IMG/VR virus record: IMGVR_UViG_2721755486_000001
Location: 1 to 64,000 of that record
DNA from: a virus
Taxonomy: Duplodnaviria > Caudoviricetes
Length of the DNA stretch: 64,000 nucleotides
Direction: 5' to 3' (one strand)
Part shown: positions 56,338-64,000 of the stretch, one piece after another
Numbering within the stretch: position 1 is the stretch's first letter
How the letters are laid out: the number at the start of each line of letters is the position of its first letter
The notes under the pieces: model-generated
The model's database searches: none
What the model was told of the DNA's origin: nothing
What the model saw: only the letters and a program-made list of their open reading frames with translations
Translations under genes and position numbers: made by a program

Positions 56338-56694
56338 TTACTTCTTCAGGCACCCGCCGGGCTTTCCGCAATGCGAGGCGAGGAAGTCGGCCAGGCTGCG
56401 GGCCTGCTGGGCCTGGATGGTCCCCGGGGCCTTGCGTTCGACCTCGGTGGCCATCTGGTCGGCACCGGTGAGGACCTTCTCGCGCGTGGCGTCGAGCTGA
56501 GCCTGGGGCACCACCTGCGGCGGGGTCGGGAGGGGCACCGGTGCCGGGGGCTCGACCACCACGTTGGCGGGCGCGGGCTTCGGCAGCAGCGAGTTCAGCG
56601 CTACCACCCCGCCCACGCACACGGCCGTGACGGCCAGGACGACCCCCAGGATCTTGAAACGCCGGATCCGCTCCTCACGGGGGAGCAGCTTCAT
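56338..56694 (-). CDS. Membrane-anchored hypothetical protein (start uncertain)
   Basis: N-terminal transmembrane segment and Pro-rich linker, architecture like 11151..11705. Confidence 0.6.
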   Translation of the reverse strand: MKLLPREERIRRFKILGVVLAVTAVCVGGVVALNSLLPKPAPANVVVEPPAPVPLPTPPQVVPQAQLDATREKVLTGADQMATEVERKAPGTIQAQQARSLADFLASHCGKPGGCLKK

Positions 56695-56875
56695 CGGCGG
56701 GAACCAGAAAAAGAAAAACACGATGGACCTCCCCCTGTTGTGGGCACCCGCGGGTGCGTTACTCACAGCTTAAGACGGTGCGGTGTTGGGCGCAAAGTAA
56801 TAATGAGCCACTTCGCGCGAAGTAAATCTGAGCCACCTTTCAGTACAGTCAGCCTTTTGCGCGCAAAGGCTGGCG

Positions 56876-58674
<1,799 letters not shown>

Positions 58675-58749
58675 CGACTGGCTCAGTTTTACTTTGCGCG
58701 ATCAGGCGCGAAGTGGCTCAGATTTCAAATGCGTTTGACAGCGGCTCAA

Positions 58750-58840
58750 CGTCAAGTACAAGCCGTGCCAGGGCCCGTCTTATGGGCCGTTCATGGGCGA
58801 TCCGTATGTAGGTTGACGGGTCGATGGAAGCTGCTAGATC
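58750..58840. promoter_or_regulatory. Orphaned -35 (58750-58755, minus), degenerate palindrome (58763-58778) and plus-strand promoter TTGACG-N16-TAGATC
   Basis: Read directly from the sequence. Confidence 0.6.
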
Positions 58841-58902
58841 TGGACGTGCGCGGCGATCGCAGGTCCCGCGTCCGATCAACCCACACCAGGAGGTACACCA
58901 CG

Positions 58903-59079
58903 ATGGAGCAGCGGTTCGGCAAAACGATGGAGAAGCTGATCACGACGGCCGAGGCGGCGAAACCGGCCCCGACGTCCTTCGAGCGTTTCGTCCTCCCGGA
59001 CGTGATGCGCAACTGGCCCATCCTGGACGATCGGGACCGCGTGCCCAGCCCGCCGTCGTATGGGACGTACGCGGACTGA
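58903..59079 (+). CDS. Small hypothetical protein
   Basis: AGGAGG RBS; promoter upstream. Confidence 0.55.
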   Translation: MEQRFGKTMEKLITTAEAAKPAPTSFERFVLPDVMRNWPILDDRDRVPSPPSYGTYAD

Positions 59080-59104
59080 TCCCCTCGTGAACCCGTGCTT
59101 GGGC

Positions 59105-59149
59105 GTGTGCCAAGGCACGGATTGCGTTCTGCTGGGGCCCTGCTAGGTT
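59105..59149 (+). promoter_or_regulatory. Palindrome (59105-59120) followed by TTGCGT-N16-TAGGTT
   Basis: Palindrome lies 1 bp upstream of the -35. Confidence 0.65.
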
Positions 59150-59187
59150 GGAAGTAGGACCTGCAACGATCGCCCGCGGAGGAGACC

Positions 59188-59622
59188 TTGAGCGACCCCA
59201 TGAACACCCAGGACTTTGTCCTGCACCCCACCCGAGGCTTGCTGAACCGTCCGGTGTCCCGGGTGGTCACCTTCGGGAAGCGTTCCTACCTGCCGCCCGG
59301 CATGCTCAGCGCGGCGGTGGAGGACCCGGCGCCCGTGCGAGCGGCACAACCCGCCCAGCCGGCCCCGGAGCAGGCGGAGTCGACCGTCCTGGACTTCTTC
59401 GCGGTGATGCTGTTCAGCCACGTTGTCGGACTGCTGGCCCACTGCCACCTGCTGGGCAAGGCGGTCGAGGTAGGCGTCGAGGCGAACGACGCGTACCGAA
59501 AAGGCCCGGGCAAGGCACCGGGTGCGGCAGCGGCGGCATCCCCGACGGGGCGCGTGGCGGTGTTCGGTCCGCGTCGCAAGGCGGGCCTGACGCGCTCGAC
59601 GGTCAGCTTCGGCCGGCGCTGA
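59188..59622 (+). CDS. Hypothetical protein
   Basis: GGAGGAG RBS; promoter upstream. Confidence 0.6.
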   Translation: MSDPMNTQDFVLHPTRGLLNRPVSRVVTFGKRSYLPPGMLSAAVEDPAPVRAAQPAQPAPEQAESTVLDFFAVMLFSHVVGLLAHCHLLGKAVEVGVEANDAYRKGPGKAPGAAAAASPTGRVAVFGPRRKAGLTRSTVSFGRR

Positions 59623-59635
59623 TCGAGACGACCCG

Positions 59636-59917
59636 ATGAACGCCCGTGAGACCGTCCGCGCTGAAAACCTGCACGTGCCGGCGCGGCTCCTGGACGACCT
59701 GCTCTGGACGGTGCAGCGCGGAGCGTTCGGGCCGGAGGTGGACACGGCATACAGCCGTGCGCTGATGGCAGGCATCCGCGACGGGCGTCTGGTGCTCGAC
59801 GGCAACACCACCGTCCTGTACGACGAACCGAACGGCGTGCTGCACAGCCTCGGCGAGCTGCAGGACGCGTGCGAGGCAGCGGGTGCGCGCCTCGTGGAGC
59901 TCGCGCAGATGCACTGA
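59636..59917 (+). CDS. Hypothetical protein
   Basis: 93-aa ORF directly downstream of the previous gene. Confidence 0.6.
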   Translation: MNARETVRAENLHVPARLLDDLLWTVQRGAFGPEVDTAYSRALMAGIRDGRLVLDGNTTVLYDEPNGVLHSLGELQDACEAAGARLVELAQMH

Positions 59918-60053
59918 CCGATCGCTTGCGATCACCGGCGACAGCCCGATGCCCCACCGTCCCGGTGGGGTTTGTGTGTGGTGGGCCACCCGCGTCCAAT
60001 CGGTGTCCGGTCAGGCCCGCGCAGGGCACCCGAAGGGGCGCGGACGGTGGCGG

Positions 60054-62891
60054 TCAGCGCCGCGAGGTGGACGAGGCCGTGGGTCGGCGGTTGGTCTGGC
60101 TGGCCCGCGCTCCGTGGGTGGTCGCAGGCACTGGCGCGTTTCCCCGCTTCCTGGGCTTGTACTTGCAGGCGGGGAAGTTGGAACAGGAACGAAACTCCCC
60201 GTAGGGGCCGGTGCGCAAGACCAGAACCCCTCGTTTGCACGAGGGGCATTCCTCCTCCTGAACGACCTGGCCGTCGGTGTCGGTGATCGACACCGCGCCG
60301 TCCTGCACAAGTTCCCTCAAAAAGCTGGAGCACTGACCGCGTGCCGTGAACATGGCCACGCTGCGCCGTGCCCTGGTCAGGGCCACGTAGAACAGGCGAC
60401 GCTCTTCCCCGTTAGGGTAGTTGTCCCCGGCGGGCATGGCCAACGCCAGTACCGGGTCGTCGGCGCGCGTGTTCGGGAAGCTACGCCCGCGCAGCACGCT
60501 CAGCATTTCCGGCAAGATCACGTAGTCGGCTTCGCTTCCCTTCGATCGGTGGACGGTGAGGAACGACACGTCCACCCAGCGCTCGAAGCGGGCCTTGTTG
60601 GCCGGGACGTACTGCCGATCGGCGTTGTAGCGCCCAAGCACGAAGACCGACACTTTCCCGTCTCGCCCAGGTGGGATGCTGCCGTCTTGGACCCCATGGG
60701 CCAGTTTCATCACGAACTGGGCGATGGCGTCGGCCAGCTTTTCCTTGTTGTCCACTTGGAACGCTTGCAGCATGGGTCCGATGGGCGGGGTGACCGACGT
60801 CACGCGTTTGCTGATCTGCGTTGGGTTCTTCGACACGAACCGGCTGGACACGTCGCACAGCGCCTGGGGGCAGCGGAACGTCTGTTCGAGCTTGAGCACC
60901 TGCCCGTGGCCGAACCATTCCCGGAAGCCGGTCATCACCGACACGTCCGCGCCGGCGAAACGGTTGATGGACTGCCAGTCGTCGCCCACGGCGAACAGGT
61001 ATCGCCCGGGCTTCTGAACCAAGGCGCGGCACAAGCGGGCCCGAGCCCGGGAGGCGTCCTGGAACTCGTCGGCCATGACCAGCTCGTAGGGCGCCTCGTA
61101 ACGACCACTTTCCAGATACTCGGCCGCCAGGTTGAGCATGTCCTCGAAGTCGATGCCGTCCTCGGCCGCCAACGCGGCGTCCCACGCTTTGATGATGGGC
61201 TCGGCGATGTCGAGGAAGAGGCGGTGCCGGTACTTGAACGCATCGTCCGGCAGGGCGTCCAGGCGTTGGCGCAGCGCCGCCGCGTTCAAGCAGTTGCTTT
61301 TGGCGTGGCTGATGAACGTTCTCACCAACGTCACCAGTTCCGCGGGTTCCATGGGCTTCTGACCGCCCGAGGGAATCTCGCGATCCGGGTTGGGGTCGAG
61401 TTCGACGCCCCGGCGGGTCAGCTCGTTGGCGAGGTGCTTGAACACGTCGCCGGTGCGTACCTGGTGCGACGTTGTTTCGATCAGCGCCGTGCCGCGTTCC
61501 CGATGCAACGTGCGTTTCCACTCGACGCCGGCGAGGTAGTCGCCAAAGTGTGGCGGGGCCTTGCCGTTGGCGTCCAGGGCGAAGTGCTCGTGGTACAGAT
61601 CAATGCCCGGGTAGAAGAAGTCCGGGCGGTATTGGCGATAATCCTCGTCGGCGGTCTTGAACTTGTACCGCTCCTCGTAGAGGTAATCCACGCCGTTGTA
61701 AAAGAGCCAGTTGGAGAGGGTGGCCTCTTCTTGGCTGCGCACGCGCTTCCCGTCGGCGGTGAGGGTTCGACCGTTGCCTTGCTCGTCCCAGACGTCCGGT
61801 GTGCCGTTCGATCCGAACGTCGGCAGATCCTTGCCAAACACGAACCGGAAGAGGTCCCATTGCGTTCGGAAGGTGGCGGAGCGGTCCTTGAGCTGATCGA
61901 CGATCTCGGTCAGCTTGCTGATGCCGCCGGCGGCGTCGGTGGCCCAATCCGGGACGTCGGGCTTTTCCTTCGTGGCCTTGCCGATGATGTGAAGGCCCAG
62001 GGCGTGGAAGGTTGAGGCTTCCACCGCGACGTCGTCCATGCCCAGCCGCTCGAACGATTTGGCGGCACGCTCCGCCAGTTCGACGGCGGCCTGCTTGTTG
62101 AAGGCCAGCATGACGATCCGCTTCGGTGCGACGAAGCCCCGGTCGATCGCATAGGCGGCTTTTGCCACCATGGTGGACGTCTTACCCGAGCCGGCCGACG
62201 CAACGACCTGCACGCGGTTGTCGAAGCAGATCACGGCCCGCGCTTGCTCCTCGGTCAGAGGCTTGCGCTCCACCCGGTCGAACAGGTCCTTGCACGCCGT
62301 CAACTCGCGCTTCGTATGGGCCGCGTTGAGGGCGGCCCAGTAGGGGCGATGGTCGGTTTCCCATTGGACGAGGGAACGCTCCATCTCGGCAGCTTCCTGG
62401 CCGAGCCTGGCGTTCACGTTGGCCTTCGTCATGCGCGCACGAATGGCCTTCACGTCGATGGATGGTCGGGCCGCTTCAATGGCCGCCTGGACCTCGTGCG
62501 TGATCCATCGCCGACCGGCTTCTGCAGTCTGCTCTTGCTGGGCCTTGTGGTCCAGCCAATCGAGCACGGTTTGATGAGCGTCACGTAGGAACGCCACGTC
62601 CTCGCGGATTTGCTTCTCGACCAGCGCAGCTTCCACAGCACTGGTCAAATCGGTCCCTCGGGCGTTGGGCAACCCGTCCACCTTCACGACCCGCGAGGGG
62701 CCTGGGTGGAGCGTGACGTCGGTCCAGAACACGCCCGGATTCACCCGGTACGCGCCAGCGTCGTCGATGTTGACGGCGTGCGTTTTTCCATCCACCGTCA
62801 ACGACAGTTTCAAGCCTTCAAGGAAGAGGCGCCAGTCCGGCGATCGTGTCAGTTTTCGGCCCCACGTGGAGGGAGCCCATTCTTTTTTCAT
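60054..62891 (-). CDS. UvrD/helicase IV-like SF1 helicase with inserted nuclease-like domain and C-terminal Zn ribbon
   Basis: ASAGSGKT; DEFQD; VGDDWQSINRFAG; TFRCP; TVHRSKGSE; YVALTRA; inserted VRSQEE..YE..YRPDF..HEHF; CPSC..CSNFPAC. Confidence 0.9.
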   Translation of the reverse strand: MKKEWAPSTWGRKLTRSPDWRLFLEGLKLSLTVDGKTHAVNIDDAGAYRVNPGVFWTDVTLHPGPSRVVKVDGLPNARGTDLTSAVEAALVEKQIREDVAFLRDAHQTVLDWLDHKAQQEQTAEAGRRWITHEVQAAIEAARPSIDVKAIRARMTKANVNARLGQEAAEMERSLVQWETDHRPYWAALNAAHTKRELTACKDLFDRVERKPLTEEQARAVICFDNRVQVVASAGSGKTSTMVAKAAYAIDRGFVAPKRIVMLAFNKQAAVELAERAAKSFERLGMDDVAVEASTFHALGLHIIGKATKEKPDVPDWATDAAGGISKLTEIVDQLKDRSATFRTQWDLFRFVFGKDLPTFGSNGTPDVWDEQGNGRTLTADGKRVRSQEEATLSNWLFYNGVDYLYEERYKFKTADEDYRQYRPDFFYPGIDLYHEHFALDANGKAPPHFGDYLAGVEWKRTLHRERGTALIETTSHQVRTGDVFKHLANELTRRGVELDPNPDREIPSGGQKPMEPAELVTLVRTFISHAKSNCLNAAALRQRLDALPDDAFKYRHRLFLDIAEPIIKAWDAALAAEDGIDFEDMLNLAAEYLESGRYEAPYELVMADEFQDASRARARLCRALVQKPGRYLFAVGDDWQSINRFAGADVSVMTGFREWFGHGQVLKLEQTFRCPQALCDVSSRFVSKNPTQISKRVTSVTPPIGPMLQAFQVDNKEKLADAIAQFVMKLAHGVQDGSIPPGRDGKVSVFVLGRYNADRQYVPANKARFERWVDVSFLTVHRSKGSEADYVILPEMLSVLRGRSFPNTRADDPVLALAMPAGDNYPNGEERRLFYVALTRARRSVAMFTARGQCSSFLRELVQDGAVSITDTDGQVVQEEECPSCKRGVLVLRTGPYGEFRSCSNFPACKYKPRKRGNAPVPATTHGARASQTNRRPTASSTSRR

Positions 62892-63067
62892 CGTCTACCC
62901 TGCAATAACCCCGGAAACCGGTCTCGGTCATGCCAGAGACCCGGTCGCGCCATGATAGCCTGACGCTGCTTTGCAGGCGGGCGACGGACGCCATGGTCAT
63001 GCAATGAGCATCTACATCGCTCGTGGCCACAGCATCGAAGGTTGGGTTTTTCGGTTCCTGGCAGGTG

Positions 63068-63742
63068 TCAACCCGGACCGTACAGCCTCTCCTCAATGGC
63101 CGCGTCCAGCCCGGCGACGAAGCGCTCCACGGTGTTGATCGTGGCTTCGAGGGAGGCCTGGCTGACGTGCACCATGGGCGGTGCCAACCAGGTCTGCGCG
63201 TCCGGGTCCAGGCGATCGAGCAGCTCCACCTCGCGGGCGTCCAGGAACACCGAGCGCGCGGCGCCCGGTTTCCGGTCGGCGTGCTTGGGCCGGTTGGTGG
63301 TGATCTCCAGGTCGTGCTGGATGCTGTTGCGCGTCAGCACGATGTCTTCCAGGACGGCGATGGGCACCGGGCCGTCGGCGAACGGGATCTTGAACGCCTC
63401 GGTAAAGATCGTGTCGTAGCCCCGCACCCAGCCCTTCCTGAACACGCGTTTGCGGTCCTCGGGGCTCAGCTCTTCGCAGTGGAGCCTGACGCGCGTTTGC
63501 AGGTACGCCTGCAACGCCGACGCCAGCATGCACAGGCACGCATGGCCCAGGACGTCGATCGAATCGTTGGCCTCCTGCCATTCGACCATGAACGCGGGTT
63601 CCGGGTCCTCCGAGTACGGCGGTACAAAGGGCTCTTCCTCGTTCTCGATCTTGGTCCGGCGTTCGACGAAGGGCGCCGACGAGCGGGCGTAAAGCTGCCG
63701 GATGAAATCCAGGCGTTGGTTCAGAAACCAGGCCACGTCCAT
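63068..63742 (-). CDS. HEPN-like protein
   Basis: Helical protein with RNSIQH (R-x4-H). Confidence 0.55.
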   Translation of the reverse strand: MDVAWFLNQRLDFIRQLYARSSAPFVERRTKIENEEEPFVPPYSEDPEPAFMVEWQEANDSIDVLGHACLCMLASALQAYLQTRVRLHCEELSPEDRKRVFRKGWVRGYDTIFTEAFKIPFADGPVPIAVLEDIVLTRNSIQHDLEITTNRPKHADRKPGAARSVFLDAREVELLDRLDPDAQTWLAPPMVHVSQASLEATINTVERFVAGLDAAIEERLYGPG

Positions 63743-63813
63743 GGCGGTCCCCCGATTGCATGAGTTCGAAACGTTGCGCCCGGCACCTTGACAGCACCGG
63801 GTGCCGTGTCCGC

Positions 63814-64000
63814 TTACGCGGTTGCGCGCGCCTTCTTTTTCTTGACGTATTCGTCAACGAAAGCCTTGATGCCCTCGCTTCGTGGGAAAGCCTTCTTCGC
63901 CTCGGCGGGCGCGACGATGCCCGCGTCGAGGAGACTGGCCAGCCCATCCTTCCACCGTGTGAGGAGTTTGTCGTTCAGGAACTGTTCGATCTGCTCGAAC
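63814..64000 (-). CDS. C-terminal fragment of a gene that continues beyond the window
   Basis: Open frame ...FEQIEQFLNDKLLTRWKDG...YVKKKKARATA ending at a stop at 63814-63816. Confidence 0.6.
   Translation of the reverse strand, partial: FEQIEQFLNDKLLTRWKDGLASLLDAGIVAPAEAKKAFPRSEGIKAFVDEYVKKKKARATA

Overview
High-GC segment of a large mobile element, most likely a conjugative plasmid or an integrative plasmid. All calls are from motif reading by eye; no searches were run. Replication/maintenance: an iteron origin (five tandem 21-22 bp repeats at 37052-37160) next to an RHH regulator and a TrfA-like initiator, topoisomerase III, a primase-less D5/SF3 helicase, and a tyrosine integrase plus excisionase-like gene. 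Transfer/surface: a type IV coupling protein with orphan membrane and lipoprotein genes, a ~1500-aa polyvalent-like protein, a trimeric autotransporter adhesin, a PagP-like barrel and an L,D-transpeptidase. Anti-defence 'leading region': ArdA, LPD29-like, NinX-like and DUF6876-like genes behind duplicated hairpin-rich leaders. Cargo: type I R-M, HNH nuclease, UDG-like, ART-like, YeeP-like GTPase, UvrD helicase with an embedded nuclease motif, HEPN-like protein and an IS21 element. The most striking unannotated signal is a backbone-wide regulatory code. About 24 copies of a 16-bp palindrome CCGTGCC-NN-GGCACGG occur with about 19 promoter-like motifs of fixed geometry TTGAC(A/G)-N16-TA(A/G)(G/T)T, the spacer usually ending in YGC. 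Both motifs are concentrated in backbone intergenic DNA and I did not see them inside the R-M, IS21 or helicase cargo.
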